DNA of 64,000 nt from contig JBDOQK010000022.1 of NCBI GenBank assembly GCA_040437565.1, positions 186,001 to 250,000 of the forward strand. The letters are read 5' to 3'. This document shows, piece after piece, positions 22,207 through 35,224 of the stretch. This stretch comes from Albugo candida (lineage: Eukaryota). Within the stretch, counting starts at the first letter, position 1; the number at the start of each line of letters is the position of its first letter. Made by a program: the position numbers and the translations under genes. The notes beneath the pieces were generated by a model. The model did no database searches and had not been told where the DNA came from. It saw only the letters and a program-made list of their open reading frames with translations.

Positions 22207-25200
22207 ACGATACGTCAGGGCAGCGCATCTCAGTAAAGTGTAACGAATGTTTTTTATCGATCATTGATTTTCTTCTTCTGCATTGCAGGCAAGTATGTAT
22301 ATCCGAGTTGTGCCTATACTTTCAACTTTCCCGTTCTTTACAATGCGCAATACAAACGACAAAAGCTTGACGCGTTATTATTTCCATGTAGAGGTTGAGG
22401 TGTGGTTGACATATCGCGGTTACTATATCGAAATCCACAAGATCGAATCGGATTCAAAGTAGCGGTATTCTCTTATCAGAATGCTACATTCAAGTGGTAC
22501 AACCACAGTACGGATAGAGCTTAGGCGAAGGAATGAGATAAAGCCGAGGTGTACTGACTTGCAAGCTGGATGGCCACGATGTCGAGGTGGAATAGATAAG
22601 TCCAATTACATGCGCGTGAATGGTACTTTTCAACTTTCAACGGAGACGTTCAGACAATTTGACATCGCATACCGCTCTCCACCCTTGTAAAAGGTCGCCA
22701 TCATGCGCACAATATTAGAGCACCCCGATGACGGGCTCAGATACCTCAGTGGTGCATCCCGTAAAATTATTGATGATAGATGCTTCTTACCTAAACGTTT
22801 ACCTCCTTCGTCGCGGAGTTATATCTCATTTGTGTCGAGATAGCGTGTAATACTTGATCACTTTTAGCAAGCATAACATCCGACAATGAAATTGATGGCA
22901 GTAATGTTTGCTCGATCTAACCTCTTAAACCACATCATTTTAAGGATTAGTCAATTGAGATATGGAAATCTGACCTACTCGATGCGGTGTGTCAGTGAGC
23001 TTCAAGGCTAGCATACTTCAATAAATGTTGGGATGATGTGGTTCTTATTTTAATTCCTTCATTGAGACGTATGCATCCTGAAGGGTATCTACATAAACCG
23101 CTTTCTACCTTTATGTAAGGACACAACGAGTATAGAATTAATATAAGAAGATTTTTCAATTTTCGCAAAGCACTGAATCTATTGTATTGCATATTACCAT
23201 GCATGCGCTGTTACGAAGCTGTTTCATCGCTGCCTACAATGTGCTGAACCAGTTGTCTTGATCACTATACATTGACTACCATAGTCCGAGCTTTGCGAAT
23301 TATCAATCAATGTCGATATCGAGACACGGCTTCCGGTTCGTAACGTACCACCATTTGGATGCATATCTGTTCCAGATCAATTGTTCGGCTCTTTAACGAG
23401 CACTTCTGAATTGATGCAAGGATCATTTCGACCAAGGAAGCTGTCCATATTTCGTTGAGCGCCCGCCTCAAAGAAAAGAGTTCGCGTTCAGTAGGCTCAC
23501 TTACTTGACAGCTTTTGTTAGCTCTATAGTCCAGGTAGATGCCAACAAGTTCACTTTAGTAAGACTTGTATGATTTGCGTGCAGATTTGTTAGGGCGGCG
23601 ATCCAATAAATAGCTACCTTGAAGAAGATTGACTCATTTTACAGTATATATTGCTGCCTCCACTGGTCTTCAAGCTATGAGAATGATTGCAGTGTCTGAG
23701 CCGAATGCTCGAGAAAAAGCCACCATGGTACATCATCCGTAATTTTATGGCCTGCACGAACGGAATCACCAATAGGAACACGATGGACTTACAAGAAACG
23801 TCCCGAGAACCATATCAATTCGGTATTTGATGTTTGTATTCGTAAAATGTTTTCTCGTATTTCAATGAAATCTCTTTAGCACTAGCAAGAACAAGTCTTG
23901 ACGTTTTAAACAGACTTTATAAAGAGAATGGGAAGGTAGCTCCACGAGTGAAAGCGCTTGAACAGAGTTGGACAAGGGTCTAAAATGTTTAATGTAGAAG
24001 GTGTGCTGGGAACATCGTATTTGAGACTGGACCAGCACCAAAAACTTGAAAATAAAAAATAATTTCACTATCAAGAGATTCAAAATGCCTATCGTACGAC
24101 TTTCGCTGGTTGATCGCTTCGAAATTTCCAGGGAGGACAGAATTTGCAGGCTTTTCTCCATGGCTCCATTGCCTGCGTTCGATGCGCTGGCACGAATAGG
24201 CGGACCGCAGATACCTTCTTTGGAATGGTCTGGCAGAAAGTTTATGACAACATTATCCCCTGGTGATTGCCTGGGTGAAAACCCAAATGTTTTACAGAAC
24301 CCCCGATGAATTCAACGGGGAACGTTACCTATCTGGACTTGGGCAGCCAGCGGTCCGCACTTTTTCTTCCGAAAGGGGAGCAACTCTGAGTATAAAAGGC
24401 GAGCCGCAAGTTCGTAACATGATGATCCCATTGCTTTGATTGAGACAAGTGCAAAAACGCTTTCCGTACACAAACCGGGTTAAATACGGATTCATGATGA
24501 ATACAAGCTCTGCAGTAGAATTATCCGATCCAAAATGACAAAAGAACTTCTTTGGGTATAGTATTACTCAAAGAGCGAAATGCAGGATCTATTCATTCTT
24601 TGATATCTCATACTTTATTCAAGCGAAGTAGTGTCGAATAGAGCTTATTCTGTTAATTACGTGAGCGAAAGTCAAGATTCTCCCGGCTCACACCTAAAGG
24701 AAAGTCAATATATGCAGTGTACTCAATGCTCATCCGACGCACAGATCCTCAGCATTTATGGCTGAAAGCCTTTATCTTGACGACCTCAACAAGACCAAAG
24801 AACAAAGTTGCACAAAAGACTTGACGACTACCAAAACCGGAACGGCCACAACCTTTATCCACAATTGTATACTGTAGATTCATCTTTTTGTGCTTCGACA
24901 CAAAGCCGAGTCAGAATGATGTTTAAGATGCCACTCAGTTGGGGCCATACTGATACTGCAACTTCACAAAATGTTTGCAATTCTGCAGATCGGGAATAGG
25001 ATGCGGCGTAGGTTTTTCTTTATTTAAGCTACTAGGTCGTAAGAGCTATCATTGTTTCTCAAAGAAGCCTTGATAAATATAGGATATCGTAGATTTTGAT
25101 GGCAAGGTAGCAGAGGAAGCANNNNNNNNNNNNNNNNNNNNNNNNNNNNNNNNNNNNNNNNNNNNNNNNNNNNNNNNNNNNNNNNNNNNNNNNNNNNNNN

Positions 25201-25553
25201 NNNNNNNNNNNNNNNNNNNNNCCTTGATAAATATAGGATATCGTAGATTTTGATGGCAAGGTAGCAGAGGAAGCAGAGCATTACCTTCAACATACATTTG
25301 TGGATGCATAATAATACAAAACAAGAAAGGGTATGCATTGTGAGAATCTGTCGATATAGCCTTCATCAGGCTGTACGATTGGATCGTTATTCAACAATTA
25401 TTAGCCAGTCACAATCTTACACGTTGTATCCTTTGTTCGATTTGCGCCGGAAGGCATTACGGACAAGTGCATTGGAGAATACTCTGCTATGATCCCACTC
25501 TTTCAATCGCTGAATTCAGATGGTTGGCCATCACTCATTAATAGGAACTCAAG

Positions 25554-27362
25554 ATGCTGTACGCTCGAATACCTCTCGTGTTCTTACTATGCTGTATTCT
25601 ATGCGTTTTCAAACGCTCACGTTGCGAACTCAAGACACAATTGTGGACACTAAAGTCAAACGGACTTACCTATCTACAAATCCTTCTCAACCAAAGGTGT
25701 ATTCTGAGAGTCGCTGGTGCCATGCGCGCAACTGTTAGCAATGTGGAAAAAGCTAACCCACCCGGAACTATATATACAAATGTCGAGTTTTCAGTGACTG
25801 GTTCGGATTTTGCATTCATGGGCTTACACAGTAAGTGTGCCTTCCAAGACGATTGTGGTGGATTTATTTCCAAAGGCTCATCATCACCATCTGTTATTTC
25901 TACGGAACTGAGTAAGTTGGTGGAAGCCGAAGAAGAAGCAGCAAAAAGAGAGCCTTTGTGCCTTTTATTGGGGCTATCGAAACTGACTGTGCAAAGTAGA
26001 TTGTGCCTGAAAGAAGTCAGCCGCTCGAATATAATGAGGGAGTATCTCGTTGGATCAAGCGAACATCAAATGATGCGGACAATACTGCATATGTACCCCA
26101 GGTACTACAAAACTGATCCTATGAAATTGATTCGTCCATGTCTGGATTTTGGTGGTTTAAAAGTGGATTCTTCGAGTTATGTATCCGCTGTTTCATGTCA
26201 AAAGCTGCTGCTGCAGACTTCTGTGGCAAATCCACCTCCTCCTATTGAAAGGCCTCTGATAGACGGACTATTGACCGGTGCGAAAGACGGACCATCAACC
26301 AGTCAAGATAACAGTGAGAAGCCCCATATCATTGATTTAACAAAAACTCCACGCTGTATAGGTGTGAAATTCAGCATTATAAAGAAAGATTCCGACTGCA
26401 TGAAAAGTTTACTCAAACAAATCGAGGGTGAAGTAGTTCTACTCCACAAAGAAGACAAAACCCACTACTTTTATCTGTATGGGAGCGTGTTGCCCAAGAA
26501 AGTTGAGATCGTTTCAGTTGAAAACCCGATCCCTTCAGAGGACGACAAGACCTTAAAGAAAGACAATGCCGCTTTGAAGAAAGGCAAGTTCTTTTGGCAG
26601 AAAGACAAGGACATTTCTAAGAAAGACAAGACCTCTTCAGGTGAAGGCAAGAACGCTCAAAAGGAAGAAGAGGAGCCCTTTACCATCGAAGAATACGGCA
26701 GTCTTGAAAAGTGCAAAAAGTATCATTCTCATAAATACGACACATCATCAATACAGCTCCAAATATTAGCTCGGAAGCCGGAAGAATTTCAGAAGCTTAT
26801 ACTTAAAGATGTATCCAGTCAGCAAACTGGTTGTGCCTTGGCCCATCACGGTAGGTATGTGAAGAATTGCCTACCATGTATCGACCAGCATCGCGAACAT
26901 GTTACCACCAACACAATGACTGATTCGACAATTTTGGTAACTATGAACGACATTTTCGAAAAAGAAAAACTTGCATCATGTATCAAAGACGTACATGTGC
27001 GGAATGACGCTACCAAATGTTCTCATTTTGTATTCCTTCCGCGGGAAATGTGCGAATATGCGGGAATGAAGACAAGTGCGAAGTCTCCTAGTGATGCCAG
27101 CTCTTCCAATCATGCGCAACCAAATGTGATGGTTGTAACGTGGAAGGCATTGAATATCAGGTGCCTTCAAGATATTGCACTTTACCATAGCGTATTACTG
27201 GTTTCGATGACCGATCGATATTTGTGGATGCTTCGTCTTACAAGCCGTGAACTTTCAAAGCGGTGCAAGGAAATGCGCATAGAGAAAGAATACTTCATTG
27301 ATGTTCACTTTCTGCGTTCTATTTCGGCATTTGATATGAAGGACTTTATAGGTCCGACGTAG
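25554..27362 (+). CDS. CCG-family secreted effector, paralogue E (intact, 602 aa, variant motif NQRCILRVAG)
   Basis: Uninterrupted ORF with signal peptide MLYARIPLVFLLCCILCVFKRSRC and all five Cys-patterned modules of the family. Confidence 0.92.
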   Translation: MLYARIPLVFLLCCILCVFKRSRCELKTQLWTLKSNGLTYLQILLNQRCILRVAGAMRATVSNVEKANPPGTIYTNVEFSVTGSDFAFMGLHSKCAFQDDCGGFISKGSSSPSVISTELSKLVEAEEEAAKREPLCLLLGLSKLTVQSRLCLKEVSRSNIMREYLVGSSEHQMMRTILHMYPRYYKTDPMKLIRPCLDFGGLKVDSSSYVSAVSCQKLLLQTSVANPPPPIERPLIDGLLTGAKDGPSTSQDNSEKPHIIDLTKTPRCIGVKFSIIKKDSDCMKSLLKQIEGEVVLLHKEDKTHYFYLYGSVLPKKVEIVSVENPIPSEDDKTLKKDNAALKKGKFFWQKDKDISKKDKTSSGEGKNAQKEEEEPFTIEEYGSLEKCKKYHSHKYDTSSIQLQILARKPEEFQKLILKDVSSQQTGCALAHHGRYVKNCLPCIDQHREHVTTNTMTDSTILVTMNDIFEKEKLASCIKDVHVRNDATKCSHFVFLPREMCEYAGMKTSAKSPSDASSSNHAQPNVMVVTWKALNIRCLQDIALYHSVLLVSMTDRYLWMLRLTSRELSKRCKEMRIEKEYFIDVHFLRSISAFDMKDFIGPT

Positions 27363-30300
27363 TAGCCTGCTCATGATAGAGTAATGAAAGAATATATCGT
27401 GACGATCGATATTGATTTTCTGCTTTTAAATTGTGCTAAAGAACGAATATGGTTCGTCTACCGAAGCTTCGAAACTTTGCCGTTATTAACAATGCGCATG
27501 CTAGATGACATTTGCTTGGCATTTTGATATTTATAGGGCTTGATGAGTGGTTAGAATCTCGAAATCCACAGATCGAATCGAATTGGAAGTAGCGCTATTC
27601 TCTTATCAGAATGCTACATCAAAGTGTCACAACTGCGGAAAGAATGTATGGATTCTCAGCGTATGCGAAGAAATAAAATAAAAACGAGATGTGCTGTCGT
27701 GCAAAATGGACGCCAAGATGTCAAGATGGAATGAATGAATCTCACACGTACGTTTCTTATCCAAGATGCATTGACCAAGCTCAATTACATGCGCTTAAAT
27801 GGTACTCTCTTAGAAGACGCTGAGACAATTTGACATCGCATACTCTAACATATTCGTCACATTATCTCCAGGCATCTTTAAGATGATGCCTCTACGGCTG
27901 TATGCCCTGGTGTCCATTTGACACAAATGGGAGCCAGCTAATGCAGAAACCGTTTCAATCTTCGTGCTGGACCTTTACCTAGCCGTTGGGTATCTCATAG
28001 AAGCTCGTCTATACACAACTCACAGAAGCTGAGCAGCTGATTTGCGCCTAGATAGCGAGGAATACGTGATCAATTGCGATATCGATTTCTGACCTTGTAG
28101 ATGCGGTGTAATATCACGCTAATGAAAGGTTGGATTAGTAGCACGAGATGGCATGCCACAAAACTTTGTAGGGCGCTCCGTGTAAGGCTAGAATAGTGCA
28201 ACCAATATTGACTGATGTGGTCTTTTTTTACTTCCTATGTTGCGACGTATTCATTCAGAAGAGTACTTACAGACCGCTTTGAACCTTTACACTGACGTAC
28301 CCAACGCGAATAATATTTATATCAGAAGATTTTGGAATGTCCGCAAAGCACTTCGTCACTTACAATCTNNNNNNNNNNNNNNNNNNNNNNNNNNNNNNNN
28401 NNNNNNNNNNNNNNNNNNNNNNNNNNNNNNNNNNNNNNNNNNNNNNNNNNNNNNNNNNNNNNNNNNNNGGAGCCAGCTAATGCAGAAACCGTTTCAATCT
28501 TCGTGCTGGACCTTTACCTAGCCGTTGGGTATCTCATAGAAGCTCGTCTATACACAACTCACAGAAGCTGAGCAGCTGATTTGCGCCTAGATAGCGAGGA
28601 ATACGTGATCAATTGCGATATCGATTTCTGACCTTGTAGATGCGGTGTAATATCACGCTAATGAAAGGTTGGATTAGTAGCACGAGATGGCATGCCACAA
28701 AACTTTGTAGGGCGCTCCGTGTAAGGCTAGAATAGTGCAACCAATATTGACTGATGTGGTCTTTTTTTACTTCCTATGTTGCGACGTATTCATTCAGAAG
28801 AGTACTTACAGACCGCTTTGAACCTTTACACTGACGTACCCAACGCGAATAATATTTATATCAGAAGATTTTGGAATGTCCGCAAAGCACTTCGTCACTT
28901 ACAATCTGCTGTATTGGATATGACAATGAATGTCCCGTTATAGAGCTGTCTCATCGCTGTCTACAAAGTGCTGAACTAAGTTTCTTCATCTCTTCACATT
29001 GACTACTGTATCCCGTGATTCGCGTATATAAATCAATGTGGATGCCGAGATACGGCTTTCGATTCGTAATGTACGACCAATTGGATGCATATCTAGTTCC
29101 TTTTCAGGCTTGGTCGGCTCTTTGAGAAGCACTCCCACCTAAGAACCTGTCTATATGTCGTTGAGTGCCCCCCAACCAAAGAATGCGTGTTCATTAGGGT
29201 CTCTTGGTAAACGGCTTTCTAGTGCAGAAGAATTCCTGAGCACATAACAGGAGTTGTTAGAAAAGTAGACGCTTGGTGGGCGGAATGAAAGTGTGTTGTA
29301 TTCGTGTGGGTAAAAAACGTTCCACCACATGTGGTCGAGACTGAATGTACGTCGACAGCCCTCAGAAATCGGGAACAATATCATGATCAAGACAATCAAA
29401 ATGCCTTACGTGGGATGTTCACTGGTTGATCGCTTCGAAACTTTGCAGGAATTCGGCATTGCGATATTTTCGCCAGGGCTAATCGTCTGCGCCCCATGCG
29501 CTGGCACGAACAGGCCGATTTCGCAGATGCTGCCTTTAGAATGACACGGAGAAAAAAAACGACCAGATTATCTCCTGGTGATTTCCCGAGTGGAAACCTA
29601 GATAGTTGACAGAAACCCGCTGAATTCAACGTGGACCTGACGCATCTGGACACTTTTTCACACGGATGGCAGCGACCTTGAGGATAAAAGTCGAGTCACA
29701 AGATGTAACTTGATCATCCCACGACTTTGGATGAGNNNNNNNNNNNNNNNNNNNNNNNNNNNNNNNNNNNNNNNNNNNNNNNNNNNNNNNNNNNNNNNNN
29801 NNNNNNNNNNNNNNNNNNNNNNNNNNNNNNNNNNNTCTGTAATAAGATTATCCGATACCAAAGCGATAAAAGAAATATTTTCAGTGTAGCATTACGTAGC
29901 CAAGTGCACGATCCATTCATATTCAATATCTTATAGTTCATTCACGCGAACAAGTGTCGAACAGAGCTCATTATGGTATTTATGTGAACAAAAAGAAGCA
30001 TTCTTTCCTGCTCAACGGTAGTAGTAAGTGAATTTAGCAGGTGTGTGCAAATTCATATTTATTTCTTATCCGAATCACAGAGGCTGAGCACTCGTACCAG
30101 AGAGCCTTTTTCTTGAGGATCTCAACATGACGGAAGTACATTGTTTCATAAAATACTTGACGAATACCAAAGCCTGAACGGCTCGAAGCTTTCTCCACAG
30201 TTGCTTGCGTCGGTAGGTTCATCTATTAGCATAGCTGTGAGTTTCAGTGACCTTAACGCATCAACCACCGAATGAATATGATATATATATTAGAATTTGC

Positions 30301-31961
30301 ATTGAAAGCTGTGTATCCATTGGACATTGCCAACATGCACAAGCTGCGTTGGATCTACTTTCAATGCATCGAGTGATAGCTGCGTACACTCTTGGTGATA
30401 CGTAATATATTATTACACTTATGATATCGCTACCTTTGTTGACCATTCCGTATTGAGCGTGAAGCTTAGTTCTTGAATTGTGTTTATAATGCAGATCATC
30501 ACCAGAACTATAGCACGCATTTTCTGAGCGACTAAAGCTACTTCTTTCATGGAAGTGTTCCGCATGTGTACAGTATCTACGATATAAATAAATGGCAGTG
30601 GAGTGAAGTACATCAAAGACACGCTGGTAAGTTGGATTCCAGCAAACCGATGCAGATTACTGGACATCAATGTAATGATTCTTCAGAAAGTTCTTTTAGA
30701 GATTTTGTTCATTGGAGCCTTCTAAACATGGAAATGATCAGTCGCGTCGATGTATTTGGTATCGGGTGCTGCGAGGTGGTTCATTATGTGCTTAACAAAG
30801 AAAGCACGTATATGTATTAGAGGATGCTCTTGGGCCTTCGAGATAACTACTAAGACGTCGCCCGCACTAACATGATCATTTTTCTATAGCTTACATAAAT
30901 GCTCCCTTTAAATCCTGACGTGGTCGTAGAGATTTGTAGATCGTTATGCAGTACACGTCATTCTGATGCCAAGATAAGTTGCTGTAGCTTGGATGATTTC
31001 TGTTTTGTTTTCAGAGCATCGGTCAGCACACAGAGTGAATCTCCTTGCTACCTACTTGACAGAAAGGCTTGAGACAGCAGTTGAAGGAGATATCGTCTCT
31101 ACAACGTCATATAAATTAGAAAATATCTTCTATGTATCGAACGCCGTAACTTTTGATTGTATATTAGCCGCACGACATTATTGGAAGAAAGCATTGTATC
31201 GAGGTCCATTCAAAACAATTACTAGGTGATTGAGAAAGGTCAGTATCACATACTTTCTTCCCACAGAGAAGCTATACGATCGAATGCTCTTATACAATGG
31301 AACACAGCCTTAAGGCGAGTGGGGGTGGTGAGCACTGCTTTTGGGGAGACACATCTTTGATTTATTTCTCTACAAGACACATCAGAACCCCAGACAACAT
31401 ACGAAGTATCTAATCATGGAAATAGCGAAAGTGAAGTGTACGATAACCAAAGATGGGATTGTCACCGTCTTCATGGAAACAACATTGTCTAAATCATCTG
31501 TAGCATCATTCATAGGCTCCAAAGCACAACCTTGGTGCGATGCATTTTACAACTTGATAGTTGCTCCATCATTCTCACTAACGCTTTCTTAAAAAGATAC
31601 ATCCAGCGTCTTTCTCATCTATCAGATACTTCAAGTTACTTGGGAAATGGCTGTGGTTTTTTACTTTTCTATATGATCTCTCTCTTGCAAGTTGCTAAGA
31701 TGCGCAACTTCATTGATGTCTTCTTAGACGAGAAATTTGTGAGCAGGAAACAAATCAAAACGAGTCACTGCGAGTCTTGCTTTAAAAGATGGCACGAGCA
31801 ATCGCGTTTTTCGCAGGACAGCTACTTTTATCACACATGTGATGTAGTTCTGTCCGAGTTGNNNNNNNNNNNNNNNNNNNNNNNNNNNNNNNNNNNNNNN
31901 NNNNNNNNNNNNNNNNNNNNNNNNNNNNNNNNNNNNNNNNNNNNNNNNNNNNNNNNNNNNN

Positions 31962-33400
31962 AGTATTCAGTGACTGCTTATAAAAATGTCAAGTATTCAG
32001 TGACTGCTTCGGATTTTGCGTTCATGAGCATACACAGTAAGTGCGTCTTGGATGGCTATTGTAGTGCGTTTGAACTCGTACACTCATCAACGCCATCTGG
32101 TTTTTCCACGGAATCGAGTAATCTTGTGGCAACCGAACAAGAAGCTGCAAAGTCAGAGCCTATGTGCTTCATATTAGGGCCTCAAAAAACGACAGCGCGA
32201 AATAGACTGTGCCTGAAAGAAGTCAGCGGTTCGGAACTACTGAATGAGTATCCCGTTGCATCAAGCTACGATCGAATCACGCGAACGATAGTTTCTTTGT
32301 ACCCCAAGAATCACAAAACTGATCCTAAGCTATTGCTTCTTGCATGCATGGGTTTTGGTGACTTAAAAGTGGATCCTTCGAATTATGTATCCCCTGATTC
32401 ATGTCAAAATCTGATTATGAAGACTTTGGTATTTTCTCCTCTTACTATCAAAAAGCCTTTAATAAGCAGATCAATGTTCAAGACAGACAGTCCATCGACT
32501 AGTTCTGGTAACAGTTGGGAGCGTGCAATTCAGTTAGAAGGGATTCCACTCTGTATACTGGTTACATTCGCACCAGGATCAAAAGTTTCCGAATGTATGA
32601 CGACTTTTTTCGAAAACTTTAATGGTGAAGCAGTTTTTCTTGGCAAAAAACTAGAATACCACTACTTCTATCTGTTTGGGAGCAAAAAAAAGAAGAGTGT
32701 TTTCTCGTTCAAGAAACCTTGCGCTACTATAAAAAAAGCCGACCTTGAGGAGTGCAAAGCGTTCCATTCTCATCATTACGACACATCATCAGTGCAGCGT
32801 CAAATACTATCTTGGAAAACTCAAGAATCAGAAAAAGTTATACTTCATGGTTTACCCAGCCACCAAACGCGTTGTGCTGTAGCTCAACACCGGAAGGATG
32901 CAATCGATTGCCAACGATGTGTTCAGCACTTTGGCAATCATGTTATTGCCAATACAATGACTGATTCGACATTCCTGGTATCAATGCCCGACAAATTCGA
33001 CGAGTCAATACTTGTGTCATGTATCCAAAATCTGAGTGAGAATGAGGGGCACAAATGTTCTCATTTTGTATTCCTTCCGCGGAAAATGTGCGAATATGCG
33101 AGAATGAAGACAAGTGCGAAGTCTCCTAGTGGTGCCAGCTCTTCCAATCAAGCGCAACCAAATGTGATGGTTGTAACGTGGGAAGTATTGAATATCGGGT
33201 GCCTTCAAGATATTGCACTTTACCATGACGTATTACTGGTTTCGAAGACCGATCGATATTTGTGGATGCTTCGTGTTACAAGCGATGAACTTCGAAAGCG
33301 GTGCAAGGAAGTGCGCATAGAGAAAGAATACTTCTTTGATGTTCACTTTCTGCGTTCTATTTCGGTACACGACATGAATGAATTTATAGGTGCGACGTAG
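31962..33400 (+). CDS. CCG-family effector paralogue F (5' end missing in gap 31862-31961)
   Basis: Open frame from the gap to TAG at 33400, with VTASDFAFMSIHSKC, EPMCF..RLCLKEVSGS, YFYLFG, RCAVA..CQRC and CLQDIALYHDVLLVS. Confidence 0.85.
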
Positions 33401-34999
33401 TAGCCGACTCATCATACAGTAATGAAAGAATACATCATGACGATCGACAAATGATTTTCTGCTTTTGAATTGTGCCAAAAAACGCATATTGAATTTCTAC
33501 CGAAGCTTTCAAACTTTGCCGTTCTGAACAATGCGCATCATAGATGACATTTGCTTGGCATTTTGATATTTATAGGGCTTGAGGAGTGGTTCTTATTTCG
33601 AAATCCACAGATCGAATCGGAGTGGAAGTAGCGCTATTCTCTTATCAGAATGCTACATCAAAGTGTCACAACTGCGGAAAGAATGTATGGATTCTTTGCG
33701 TATGCGAAGAAGTAAGATAAAAACGAGGTGTACTGTCATTCCTACATCGAGACATGTTCATTTAAAAGAGTACTTTCAGACCGCTTTGAATCTTTACACT
33801 GAAGTACCAACGCGAATATTATTCATATCCGAAGATTTTGGAATGTCCGCAAAGCACTTTGTTAATCCTTGTATATTGAACTGCGTATGACAAATGCATG
33901 CGCCGTTATGAAGCTGTGTCATCGCTGTTCACAAAGGGCTGAACTACTTTTCTTGATCTCTACACATTGACTACTATATCCCGTAATTCGCGTATATAAA
34001 TGTATGTGGTGCCGAGCATCGGCTTCGGGGTCGCAATATACGACCAATTGGATGCACAAGTAGCTCCAGATCAGGCTTGGTCGGCTCTTTAAGAAGCACT
34101 TCTGATATAGTGTGTTTTTCATTCCCACCTAAGAACCTGCCCATATGTCGCTGAGTGCCCCCGCCCCAAATCAAAGAATGTGTGTTCAGTAGGCTCGCTT
34201 AGTGAACACTTTTTAGTGTACAAGGTATGCTACGTGCATAATAGGAGTTATTTGAGAAGTAGACGCTTGGAGGTCAGGATGAAAATTTGTTGTAATTGTG
34301 TGGGAGAAAAATGCTTCCACGATATGTCGTTGAAATTCAAGATACGTCGAGAGTCCTCAGAAATCGGAACTAATAATATGATCAAGACAGTCAGAATGCG
34401 TTGCGTAGAATTTCTACTGATTGGCCGCTTCAAATCTTTGCAAGGAGGGATTCAGTTTTGCGATATTTTCGCCACGGCTAATCGTCTGCCTACATGCGCT
34501 GGCACGAACAGGCTGATTCCGCAGATGCTGCGTTTATAATGATTTGGCAGGAATACAAGCATCAGTTTATCTCCTAATGATTTTCCGAGTGGAAACCTAG
34601 ATAGTTGACAGAAACCCGCTGAATTCAACGTGGACCTGACGCATCTGGACNNNNNNNNNNNNNNNNNNNNNNNNNNNNNNNNNNNNNNNNNNNNNNNNNN
34701 NNNNNNNNNNNNNNNNNNNNNNNNNNNNNNNNNNNNNNNNNNNNNNNNNNTCTGTAATAAGATTATCCGATACCAAAGCGATAAAAGAAATATTTTCAGT
34801 GTAGCATTACGTAGCCAAGTGCACGATCCATTCATATTCAATATCTTATAGTTCATTCACGCGAACAAGTGTCGAACAGAGCTCATTATGGTATTTATGT
34901 GAACAAAAAGAAGCATTCTTTCCTGCTCAACGGTAATAGTAAGTGAATTTAGCAGGTGTACGCAAATTCATATTTAATTCTTATCCGACTCACAGATGC

Positions 35000-35224
35000 T
35001 GGCGTGGAGTTCGTGACAAAAACAAGAAGTGATTTATTATTCGGAAACGTCCTTAGTTCGCTACGCTACCTCTAGGCCTTCCCCTTCGCACGATTCGTCA
35101 CACAAGCTAGACATATGACGTTATGGGAACACGTATACTTACGCAATGTATAGAATATTCAATTCGGATGATGACGTGCAAGACAATCCGTTAAGGACAT
35201 GGTGAGAACATGTTCATTATGACA
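35000..35224. mobile_element. Putative solo LTR (225 bp, TG...CA) with 5-bp TSD GATGC
   Basis: The segment is absent from the paralogous flanks at about 30080 and 12285. It begins TG, ends CA, and is flanked by GATGC at 34995-34999 and 35225-35229. Confidence 0.6.

Noticed and set aside
24046-24309. TLSPGDCLGE resembling a cyclic-nucleotide-binding cassette
   Set aside because: The match is short, no surrounding domain is present, and the motif is not kept as a clean frame in homologous flanks.
27929-28908. ~440-bp direct repeat
   Set aside because: Identical copies directly flank a 100-N gap, indicating assembly overlap. The same applies to 20209-20388 and 25067-25276.
31532-31861. 5' part of the 622-aa ORF 31532-33400
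   Set aside because: This is non-coding spacer joined to paralogue F only by translation through Ns.
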